Of a DNA stretch of 42,630 bases, positions 1-6,956 are shown piece after piece (within the stretch, counting starts at the first letter, position 1; every line of letters starts with the position of its first letter). A program made the position numbers and the translations under genes. This DNA comes from Chloroflexota bacterium. Lineage in GTDB: Bacteria > Chloroflexota > Dehalococcoidia > Dehalococcoidales > JAFGLR01. Location of the stretch: NCBI GenBank assembly GCA_016210585.1, contig JACQTX010000204.1, positions 1 to 42,630 of the forward strand. Direction: 5' to 3'. The notes below the pieces were generated by a model. It was not told where the DNA came from. It did no database searches and saw only the letters and a program-made list of their open reading frames with translations.

Positions 1-9
1 GGGCGCAGG

Positions 10-552
10 GTGTGGAGTATAGACCTGGAGACGGTCTGGCTACCCTTTTTCCTGGCCACAAACACGATGGGCGAAACGCGCGTCCCCTCTGAAGCTATCG
101 GCGCACCGCTACGCCTGGCTTATAACCCCGATGGCACGGTGAAGTTTTCCAAGTCAGGCAGGCCAATCACCAAAGTGGCTAAAGAGCTGGGCGATAGCAT
201 CCGCCTGGTGCGGGAGAACTTCACCGCTTCCCTCAGAAGCTACGCTAACGGCGTCATCGCCGAAAACACCGAAGGCTACAGGGCACAGGTAGAAGCGGCC
301 AGACAGGCGGGCGCACCAATCATGGCACGGGACAAGGCCAGCCTGGACAAAGCCTTAGCGGATATGATTGCCGAATCTATGCGCGAGGCTGAGGGGAAGG
401 TTGAGACTGTCGTCAAGGCTGAGGGGGAAGCGGGGCAACCAGCCGTCACCAATGCCGAAGCGGAAGCGAAGGCCGAAGCGGTAAGGGAAGCGGAAGCCAT
501 AGCGAAAGGCAAGTCCCGCGCCAAAAGGGAAAAGGTCGCCGTCCCCGCGTAA
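10..552 (+). CDS. Hypothetical protein with an Ala/Glu/Lys-rich C-terminal tail; probably 5'-truncated by the window edge
   Basis: The frame is open back to base 1 (GGG CGC AGG GTG). Co-oriented with the downstream run; no recognisable motif. Confidence 0.6.
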   Translation: MWSIDLETVWLPFFLATNTMGETRVPSEAIGAPLRLAYNPDGTVKFSKSGRPITKVAKELGDSIRLVRENFTASLRSYANGVIAENTEGYRAQVEAARQAGAPIMARDKASLDKALADMIAESMREAEGKVETVVKAEGEAGQPAVTNAEAEAKAEAVREAEAIAKGKSRAKREKVAVPA

Positions 553-608
553 GACAGGGTATGGCGTATGGGCATACTCACACCTACCTAAGATAGAAAG
601 GGGGAAAG

Positions 609-1133
609 ATGGCTAAGCCAAAGTGGGTAACGCCTGAACGCCAGTCTCACCTGGTAAAGCTCTTTACCCGCAGCAAAGGCTTCTGTGTCTTTGGTCACAA
701 GCCATGCCCTTTCCCAGAGCACCACTACGAGGTCTTTATTGAAGGTCTCATTGGTGACTGGGTAGCTGATGATAAGGCACAGCAACAAGCGGCATGGCAA
801 GAGGCACGAAGGCAGATGCACCGCCTTGCGGATAGACGCTATCCGCTACACGGTCAATTCAGCGCCGTCACCAAAGACATCTTCTATGAGGCACAACCGC
901 AATACTACCTGGAAGGCTTGGGCATAAGCGGGCTGACCTTCCAAGCCTTTGTCAAAGTCCGTGTTGCCTCTAGCTTTGTCCACCTTCATGTGAACTTGGG
1001 CGACACCTTAAAGACGGTAAGCAAGGCCAAGAGACGCAAGGCCATACGCTACGGGAAAGAATTACCCGAAGAGACACAAAGGCAAATAGACAGGCTGTGT
1101 AGCCTAGCGGTGAAACATTACTTAGAGCACTAA
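609..1133 (+). CDS. Hypothetical protein, possible C-x6-C-x4-HH metal site
   Basis: Purine-rich RBS (AAAGGGGG) before the ATG; FCVFGHKPCPFPEHHY motif; followed by a terminator-like hairpin. Confidence 0.75.
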   Translation: MAKPKWVTPERQSHLVKLFTRSKGFCVFGHKPCPFPEHHYEVFIEGLIGDWVADDKAQQQAAWQEARRQMHRLADRRYPLHGQFSAVTKDIFYEAQPQYYLEGLGISGLTFQAFVKVRVASSFVHLHVNLGDTLKTVSKAKRRKAIRYGKELPEETQRQIDRLCSLAVKHYLEH

Positions 1134-1138
1134 CGGCG

Positions 1139-1185
1139 AAAAAAGAAAGGGACGCCTCTGTTGAGGGGGCGTCTCTTTCTTTTTG
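1139..1185 (+). terminator. Intrinsic terminator, possibly bidirectional
   Basis: AAAAGAAAGGGACGCCTCT-GTTG-AGGGGGCGTCTCTTTCTTTTT: near-perfect stem flanked by an A tract and a T tract. Confidence 0.7.
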
Positions 1186-1245
1186 ACCTGTCTGGTTAGG
1201 CTCACCTGCCACGGGTGACCCTTTCTATCTAATACGGGAAACTCT

Positions 1246-1300
1246 GGGGGGCACGCTATTACCCTTCCCTTCTCAAAGGGAAAGGGACGGCGTGCCCCCC
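1246..1300. repeat. Long GC-rich inverted repeat / hairpin
   Basis: GGGGGGCACGCT...CCCTTCCCTT-CTCA-AAGGGAAAGGG...GGCGTGCCCCCC. Confidence 0.8.
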
Positions 1301-1301
1301 T

Positions 1302-1670
1302 TTGTTTATGGAAAGAAGGCTAGCTGTGAGGCAGTCAACACGGCGCCGATACTACGGTAGAAGCAACATAGCCAGCTCGTTACGGAGTGCCCTCAATGAG
1401 CTTCAAGAGGCCATAAAGCTCAGCCAGAAGCCTCTGGAGACGCCTCTGTCGGTGTCTCTGGGTAAAGTCATGGCCGACCTACAACGCGCCGAAGAGGCGT
1501 ATCTCATCTTCAACGTGGGTCGAAAGCGAATCGCCCGCAAGATTGAGCGGGAAAAGAAGCATATTGCCGAACTACTGGCAGAGGTTACCAGTATCCCTGT
1601 GACCAAAGAAGAAAAACTGATAGCAAAAACCGGCAGAAAGAAGCCACACAAGGAAAGGGTGAGGAGATAG
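1302..1670 (+). CDS. Hypothetical basic protein
   Basis: ORF of about 120 aa within the co-oriented run; start uncertain (TTG 1302 or ATG 1308). Confidence 0.55.
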   Translation: MFMERRLAVRQSTRRRYYGRSNIASSLRSALNELQEAIKLSQKPLETPLSVSLGKVMADLQRAEEAYLIFNVGRKRIARKIEREKKHIAELLAEVTSIPVTKEEKLIAKTGRKKPHKERVRR

Positions 1671-1680
1671 GGTACCCTGT

Positions 1681-1959
1681 GTGAAAGTGAAAGGGGATAG
1701 TAGCGTGGACTTATATTGCACCAGATGTGGTGAGCCATGGGATATGGACTACGTGCAGCAGGAAATGGCGCCGGACGAGTGCCATCGCTTCCAGCATGGT
1801 AAGGGTTGTCCCGCCTGCTACGGCAAGACCGTGGAGAGAAGGCCGCTGCGAGCGGAGCTGGCGGCAGCCCTGGGCGACATGCTGGGTGATGACCTGGACG
1901 GGCTGGCCGCCGAGATGGAGGACGCCGAGTCCATGCTGGGCCAGGAATTCTGGTCATAG
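1681..1959 (+). CDS. Hypothetical zinc-ribbon protein
   Basis: CTRC...GCPAC Cys pairs and an acidic C-terminus; the true start may be the GTG at 1705. Confidence 0.7.
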   Translation: MKVKGDSSVDLYCTRCGEPWDMDYVQQEMAPDECHRFQHGKGCPACYGKTVERRPLRAELAAALGDMLGDDLDGLAAEMEDAESMLGQEFWS

Positions 1960-1992
1960 CCCGAAGAATGGGCTAGAGACAAGGGGGGTAAT

Positions 1993-2166
1993 ATGCCAAT
2001 GAAGGACTTATCTGGCAAGACCGTCTACGACCTTGAGCCGGAGGATTTTGAAAAGCTCTTCTGCCGGCAGTGCCGTTACCAGGACTGCGAACGAAGCTTC
2101 AAAGATATGAATGCTTGCCAGCTCCTAGTGGATACCGGCGTCTGGGACAAACTCTACCGCAAGTAA
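1993..2166 (+). CDS. 57-aa Cys-rich small protein (absent from the ORF track)
   Basis: RBS AAGGGGGG then ATG; MPMKDLSGKTVYDLEPEDFEKLFCRQCRYQDCERSFKDMNACQLLVDTGVWDKLYRK*; fills the gap between neighbouring genes. Confidence 0.7.
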   Translation: MPMKDLSGKTVYDLEPEDFEKLFCRQCRYQDCERSFKDMNACQLLVDTGVWDKLYRK

Positions 2167-2224
2167 CATCGCCCCTGGGCTGATAGGAACGTCCCGCGGC
2201 TTGCGTGTGGAAGGAGCAAGCAGA

Positions 2225-2716
2225 ATGACCAGCACTGACGACAAATGGATTGATGACATAGTTGGTGTATTCTTTGACCCCATCATCGTAATGCCCGGCG
2301 GCTGGGGGGACTCCTTACCTGAGTGGATAAAGGGGGAAATCACCCTTGAGCGCCTCATTGAGAATATGAAGGCGCTGAAGGGCGGGAAGCCTGCAGCCAC
2401 AGATGCCGAGGTTGTCGCTTACCTCTACACCGCTTCGCTCACCGCGCCGATGCCTGACCCGTGGCCGCAAATCTACCTTTTCACCATGACACAGCTGATG
2501 CGCCGGTCAAAGAAGGTTGAATTGCCGTCCGATATCGCTGTGGAGTCGCTCACCGAATATCAGAAAGCCAAGCTGCACTACCTTCGCGACTGGCTGTATG
2601 AGGCGCGCACACGGGCAAGAAAGAAGACTGGACACAGCCAGAAGCCAGACGAGGGCAAGCGAATGAAACAGCAACTCGTGCAGATGTCGATGTTTGATTC
2701 AATTGACGGGGCATGA
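2225..2716 (+). CDS. Hypothetical protein with a C-terminal QMSMF beta-clamp-binding-like motif
   Basis: RBS AAGGAG before ATG 2225; a flexible basic tail ends ...QQLVQMSMFDSIDGA. Confidence 0.75.
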   Translation: MTSTDDKWIDDIVGVFFDPIIVMPGGWGDSLPEWIKGEITLERLIENMKALKGGKPAATDAEVVAYLYTASLTAPMPDPWPQIYLFTMTQLMRRSKKVELPSDIAVESLTEYQKAKLHYLRDWLYEARTRARKKTGHSQKPDEGKRMKQQLVQMSMFDSIDGA

Positions 2717-2783
2717 CTCGATTAAGAGCTGCAGAAAACGAAAGACACATGACTTGTGATGGCTAAGAGAAAGGAGGAACTAC

Positions 2784-2972
2784 ATGGCCAGGGTATTTGT
2801 CTATGACGGACGGGAGTTTCCCGACCCGGACCCCACCTTGAGCGCGGAAGAGGTAAGGCGGATGATGACCGATTTCTTCCCCGAGCTCGCCAACGCCGAG
2901 GTGCGGGAACACCAGAGGGGCGAAGACACCCTCTACGAGCTGGTCAGACGAGTGGGTACAAAGGGGAGCTAG
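2784..2972 (+). CDS. PRTRC system protein C (prokaryotic ubiquitin-like, Prok_Ub)
   Basis: RVFVYDG.EFPDPDP.LS.EEVR...FFPELANA...VGTKG signature; strong RBS AAGGAGG; upstream of E2/JAB/E1 genes. Confidence 0.88.
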   Translation: MARVFVYDGREFPDPDPTLSAEEVRRMMTDFFPELANAEVREHQRGEDTLYELVRRVGTKGS

Positions 2973-2995
2973 CCCCTGGTTGAGGGGGTGGACAG

Positions 2996-3265
2996 GTGAA
3001 GATAACCGACATTATCCGTGAAGTCTTGGAAGTTGACTTCTCCGATGAGACGTTAGACCGGACAGGCACTAGGTGTGCCGAGTTCCTGGCATCCCGAGAC
3101 GAAGCGAAGCTGACTCGTCTCTGGCAGAACTGGCTCACGCTCAACGAGCTAATCAGCGGCAGCGCTAGTGTTCCGGAGCTGATCCTGCTCGGCTACTACC
3201 TCGGCACCCTCAAGACCGAGTATGACACTGAGGTCAGGGACTTAGCCAGGCTTCTCGAGAGGTAA
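2996..3265 (+). CDS. Hypothetical protein within the PRTRC cassette
   Basis: 89-aa ORF, RBS GAGGGGGTGG, tightly packed in the operon. Confidence 0.65.
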   Translation: MKITDIIREVLEVDFSDETLDRTGTRCAEFLASRDEAKLTRLWQNWLTLNELISGSASVPELILLGYYLGTLKTEYDTEVRDLARLLER

Positions 3266-3291
3266 AGACAGCTAAAGGCAGGAGTCGGAAA

Positions 3292-3513
3292 TTGGATACA
3301 GATTCCGTCCTCAGGGCGCTGAGACAGGTGCCTGAGATGCGGCTTCGCCTCATCGAAATGGCCTGGGGGATAACCGGAGAGGACGGCTCTCTCGACCTTC
3401 AGCGGGTCGCATTCTATCGCCTTGAGATGGCAGAGGCTATTGGCGAAGCACAGGCCTATGTGCAGGCCACCAGGGAGGCGGTGCACTGTCTGAGAGAGAT
3501 AATCCACTCCTGA
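3292..3513 (+). CDS. Hypothetical helical protein within the PRTRC cassette
   Basis: RBS AGGAG before TTG; 73 aa. Confidence 0.65.
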   Translation: MDTDSVLRALRQVPEMRLRLIEMAWGITGEDGSLDLQRVAFYRLEMAEAIGEAQAYVQATREAVHCLREIIHS

Positions 3514-3549
3514 GGCTCGCCCAAGATTTGTATGGAAAGGGAAGCGGAA

Positions 3550-3750
3550 ATGAATATGGACAAACAAATCCTGACTGAGACTGTGACAGTCCTTACTGAC
3601 GCCGTCATGGTGACCCTTGATGGCAAGCAATACAGCATCTCCTGGCGGCACACGCACACCGGCAAAAAAGGCATCATGGTGCTGAGTCCGCAGGGAGAGG
3701 TGAATGTCGTAGACAGGAGTGACACGGGACACTGGCTAATCATCAGGTAG
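3550..3750 (+). CDS. Hypothetical small beta-rich protein within the PRTRC cassette
   Basis: Co-oriented ORF; start 3532, 3550 or 3556. Confidence 0.6.
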   Translation: MNMDKQILTETVTVLTDAVMVTLDGKQYSISWRHTHTGKKGIMVLSPQGEVNVVDRSDTGHWLIIR

Positions 3751-3764
3751 CGGAGGACAGTGCC

Positions 3765-4544
3765 GTGTCTGAAAGGGACGGGCCGCTCCTTGTTCTCGCA
3801 CGCAGGCTGCTCTCGCTCGGCCCACCTTCTTTGAGCACCCTGATAGCACGCGTGGCCGAAGCGGAGGAGTATGAAGACTTCGTGAGCCTGGTGAGGGAGT
3901 TCCTGCCGGAGCGAGAGCCAGATATCCTCCGGGAGGCTACCCCGGCCCGTCAGATAGCTGCCTTCGCCAGCCACTTTCGCGACCGCTACTTTCCCCTGCA
4001 GGACTACCTGGAAATGGGCGATGCAGAAAGCTATGGCGACCTCACCCGGGACATACCGGTCATTCCCCTGGGTCTCTCTGACCAGGATTATCATGCTATC
4101 GTCTCGGACTGGCGGAGTGGCTTTCAGCTTATGACCTATCTTGTCGAGAGTCCCTGTGCCGGGGAGGCACGCCTCCCCCTGGCTGAGGCCTGCCAGGAGT
4201 ACATTCCGGTAAGCCTTATGGAACAAGTTCCCGAGCATGGTTTCAGCCCGGGCGAACTTCGCTATCTGCTGGGCAATACAGAACACAGGGCACTGGCCCA
4301 CTGGGCTGACATTGTTTGGCACGACACAGGCAATTTCTTCCTCGACACTGACGATGCGAACCTGTGGAGCGACGAGCTTCCGAACTGGGACGACGGAACA
4401 GTGGCCAACCTCACCAGAGAGTGGCAGCAAGCGGAAGCTATGCAGGAGGAAATCGACAACCTGGTGGCATGGCTTGAAGAAGACCCACCGGCACATTTTC
4501 GCGAGCTTCTGGAGTTCACACATGGCAGGCAAGAAAATGAATGA
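3765..4544 (+). CDS. Acidic protein at the PRTRC protein F position (F-like)
   Basis: RBS GGAGG; 259 aa, very acidic and Trp-rich; lies between the Ubl (C) and E2 (B) genes as F does. Assignment is by synteny only. Confidence 0.55.
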   Translation: MSERDGPLLVLARRLLSLGPPSLSTLIARVAEAEEYEDFVSLVREFLPEREPDILREATPARQIAAFASHFRDRYFPLQDYLEMGDAESYGDLTRDIPVIPLGLSDQDYHAIVSDWRSGFQLMTYLVESPCAGEARLPLAEACQEYIPVSLMEQVPEHGFSPGELRYLLGNTEHRALAHWADIVWHDTGNFFLDTDDANLWSDELPNWDDGTVANLTREWQQAEAMQEEIDNLVAWLEEDPPAHFRELLEFTHGRQENE

Positions 4545-5250
4545 AGCTATCGCTAAGAGTAAGATTGACACACTGACACACGATCCGGCGGGCTACAAGT
4601 GGGCGTTGCCGGAATCCCTGGAGGTGCCCGCCGACGAGCTCAAGGCACGCCTGGACTTCTACCAGGATGCGGTCATGCTCTACCTGGTGGAGGCGGGCGT
4701 TATTGCCACCCGGATGGTGTCGGCACGCGATGTCGCACTGGCTTTGCTGAGGGAAGTGCCACTCAGGTCGGGGCTTTTGCCCGAAAACACGCTCTGGTGG
4801 GGCCAGGGCAGGGAAGGGGTAGAGATCGCCCTGTGGCGGCCGCCGAAGATATGGCCTGTTGCCCTGCAGACGGAGCCTTTCCGGCCTCCGCGGCGGCTCA
4901 AGTTGCCCATGCCCGGCCTCATCTTCCTCTGCTCGCCAGGGAGACCGCCGCGTGTTTATGCCGCTAAGAAGAGGCCAGCCAGACTTGAAGATACCGTCTA
5001 CCACGCTCCCCTGTTCAACGTGTTCAGCGACGGCCGGACCTGTCCTGGCACGCATAAGTATCCCGGTGCCACCGGGGAAATACCGGAGTCCTTCTTTGCC
5101 AGCTTCTTCACCCCTGCCGCCGACTATATGGGTCGGTCGCAGAAATACCCCAATGACCTGCTCAAGCTGTGGGCAGAGCTGGACGGCCATAATAGATACC
5201 CGCTGGGAGACCTGGTGCCCTTCGGCAAGGTAGAGGACATCATGAAATGA
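4537..5250 (+). CDS. PRTRC system protein B (prokaryotic E2 family D)
   Basis: LPMPGLIF...YHAPLFNVFSDGRTCPG with the putative catalytic Cys; overlaps the upstream stop; alternative start 4522. Confidence 0.85.
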   Translation: MNEAIAKSKIDTLTHDPAGYKWALPESLEVPADELKARLDFYQDAVMLYLVEAGVIATRMVSARDVALALLREVPLRSGLLPENTLWWGQGREGVEIALWRPPKIWPVALQTEPFRPPRRLKLPMPGLIFLCSPGRPPRVYAAKKRPARLEDTVYHAPLFNVFSDGRTCPGTHKYPGATGEIPESFFASFFTPAADYMGRSQKYPNDLLKLWAELDGHNRYPLGDLVPFGKVEDIMK

Positions 5251-5792
5251 GACCGGTCGGTTACCTCTTGAATAGAGGGACAAACCTGGACGGCGAGCCG
5301 GGTCTTTTCTATGACTACATCCTGGCCGGGAACGGGCTTTTTGTCCGGGCCAGGAGCAGTCTTCTGGCAGCCACGGTCAGCATTGCGTGGGCGCAGGTAA
5401 GAGGACTTGCCCTCCTCGCGGAGAAGATGGTGCTTCCCAAAGGCAAGATACCACGTCACCTGTATGACCTCGCCCTCTCTGTCCTATTCGCCGATAGCTG
5501 CCACGAGCGCTACCTGGCCATTACGTGGGAAGGCGAATACCGCCTGAGAATGCCGCCGCAGGAGGGCAGCTCCGGTGGCGTGCAATACGAAGTGATGCCC
5601 AACACCGTGGTGGACATCCACAGCCATGCCGGTATGAGCGCCTTCTTCAGCAGCACCGATAACAGAGACGAGCGGGGACTGCGCCTCTATATGGTGGTAG
5701 GCAGACTGGATACCCTGGTGCCGGAAAGAGAAATGCGAGTGGGCGTCTACGGCTATTTCTCTCCTGTGGAATTTGATGACGTCTTCGCCTAG
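5247..5792 (+). CDS. PRTRC system protein A (JAB/MPN+ metalloprotease)
   Basis: E...VVDIHSHAGMSAFFSSTDNRDE JAMM motif; ATGA overlap with the E2 gene. Confidence 0.9.
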   Translation: MRPVGYLLNRGTNLDGEPGLFYDYILAGNGLFVRARSSLLAATVSIAWAQVRGLALLAEKMVLPKGKIPRHLYDLALSVLFADSCHERYLAITWEGEYRLRMPPQEGSSGGVQYEVMPNTVVDIHSHAGMSAFFSSTDNRDERGLRLYMVVGRLDTLVPEREMRVGVYGYFSPVEFDDVFA

Positions 5793-5803
5793 TTAAGGGT
5801 GCG

Positions 5804-6595
5804 ATGCACAGATTGGACAACAGCTTCACACAGCGCCACTTCACGGTGACGGTAGTCGGGTGCGGCGGCACGGGCGGCTTTGTGGCCGAGGGCCTCTGTC
5901 GCCTGCTGCCCCGACATGCCGGCCTGGCCCTCATAGACCACGACCGGGTGGAGGAAGAAAACCTCACTCGCCAGAACTTCACCCGAGAAGACCTGGGGCG
6001 GTTCAAGAGTGAGGCTTTGGCCAGGAGACTGGCCCGGAAACACGGACGCACGGTGGCCTACGCGGCTCTCCCTGTTGGCATGGTTGAGCTGGCACTACCG
6101 GGTATAGTTATCGGTGGCGTGGACAACGGCCTGGCCCGCCGGGACATAGCCGCCAGGCTGAAGGGCTTTTCGACTATTGGGCTGATTAATCAGGGCTATG
6201 TTTCCAGGCCGAACTGGTGGGTTGATGCCGGCAACGGGGAAAACTACGGGCAGATACTCATCGGCAATGCCGACAGGGCCATTTTTGAGAAGGATGTTTG
6301 CTACGCCATGCCCTTGCCCACGCTGCAGAGGCCGGAGCTGCTGGCACAGGCACCATCCCAGGAGCCCAGCTGTGTCCAAATCGCTGAGCAAGGGCCGACC
6401 ATGAACCTGGCCATGGCGGCCGTGGTGCTGGAGGTGGTGAGGAGGCTTATTGAGGGCACCTGCCCCTGGATGCAACTATACCTTGACCTGGCCGAAGGAA
6501 CGCTTCATTCCGTCCCGGCCACGCCTGGTGCAGTTACGAGAATACTGGGCATTAAGAAGCAAAAAATAATTCAGAAAGGAGGAGGCACAAGATGA
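5804..6595 (+). CDS. PRTRC system ThiF-family E1-like adenylyltransferase
   Basis: VVGCGGTGG nucleotide-binding loop, DHDRVEEENLTRQNF, VDN..ARR, WVDAGN, PSC (putative catalytic Cys). Confidence 0.9.
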   Translation: MHRLDNSFTQRHFTVTVVGCGGTGGFVAEGLCRLLPRHAGLALIDHDRVEEENLTRQNFTREDLGRFKSEALARRLARKHGRTVAYAALPVGMVELALPGIVIGGVDNGLARRDIAARLKGFSTIGLINQGYVSRPNWWVDAGNGENYGQILIGNADRAIFEKDVCYAMPLPTLQRPELLAQAPSQEPSCVQIAEQGPTMNLAMAAVVLEVVRRLIEGTCPWMQLYLDLAEGTLHSVPATPGAVTRILGIKKQKIIQKGGGTR

Positions 6596-6888
6596 GCGAG
6601 GAGACCAAGATTGTCATTGCCCTCAAAGGCAACACAGCATCGGTAGGCGTCCAGACACTCGGCTGTGACCCCGTCTTTGCCCGTGTCGAGGGCGACCTGC
6701 CGGCAGTCCTGCAAAACATTCCCGGCCTAGTAGAGAATGCCCGCCGGCGGTGGGAAGCGAACCAGCGCTACCCGAAATGCGAGACAGTGCTGTCACCGCC
6801 AACACCAGCGCCAGCACCGTCCTCAGGACAGTCGGGGCATTCATCCAGGCGGGAGACGGCGACTTCCAGCCTGCCCAGAATGTTCTGA
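6592..6888 (+). CDS. Small protein with a Pro/Ser-rich tail, possibly PRTRC protein E-like
   Basis: ATGA coupling to ThiF, RBS AAGGAGGAGG; folded N-terminus plus low-complexity tail ending LPRMF. The E assignment rests on architecture and context only. Confidence 0.5.
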   Translation: MSEETKIVIALKGNTASVGVQTLGCDPVFARVEGDLPAVLQNIPGLVENARRRWEANQRYPKCETVLSPPTPAPAPSSGQSGHSSRRETATSSLPRMF

Positions 6889-6956
6889 TACAGATAATTG
6901 CCTGCCCTGAGGTCGACAGGGTTTCTATGAAAATACATTGAAAGGAGGTGACAAAG

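Noticed and set aside
4237-4536. Long N-terminal extension of the E2 ORF in the track (337 aa)
   Set aside because: It overlaps the F-like gene by about 300 bp; a start at 4522 or 4537 fits operon coupling better.
3456-5283. Long antisense ORFs (3456-4571, 4516-5283) and similar shadows over dnaE2, uvrD and the transporters
   Set aside because: Antisense frames of GC-rich genes, with no motifs or RBS.
6101-6127. E1 reads IGGVDN where GCVDN is common
   Set aside because: This Cys is not the expected catalytic residue (PSC is intact); a single-base difference is not enough evidence of inactivation.
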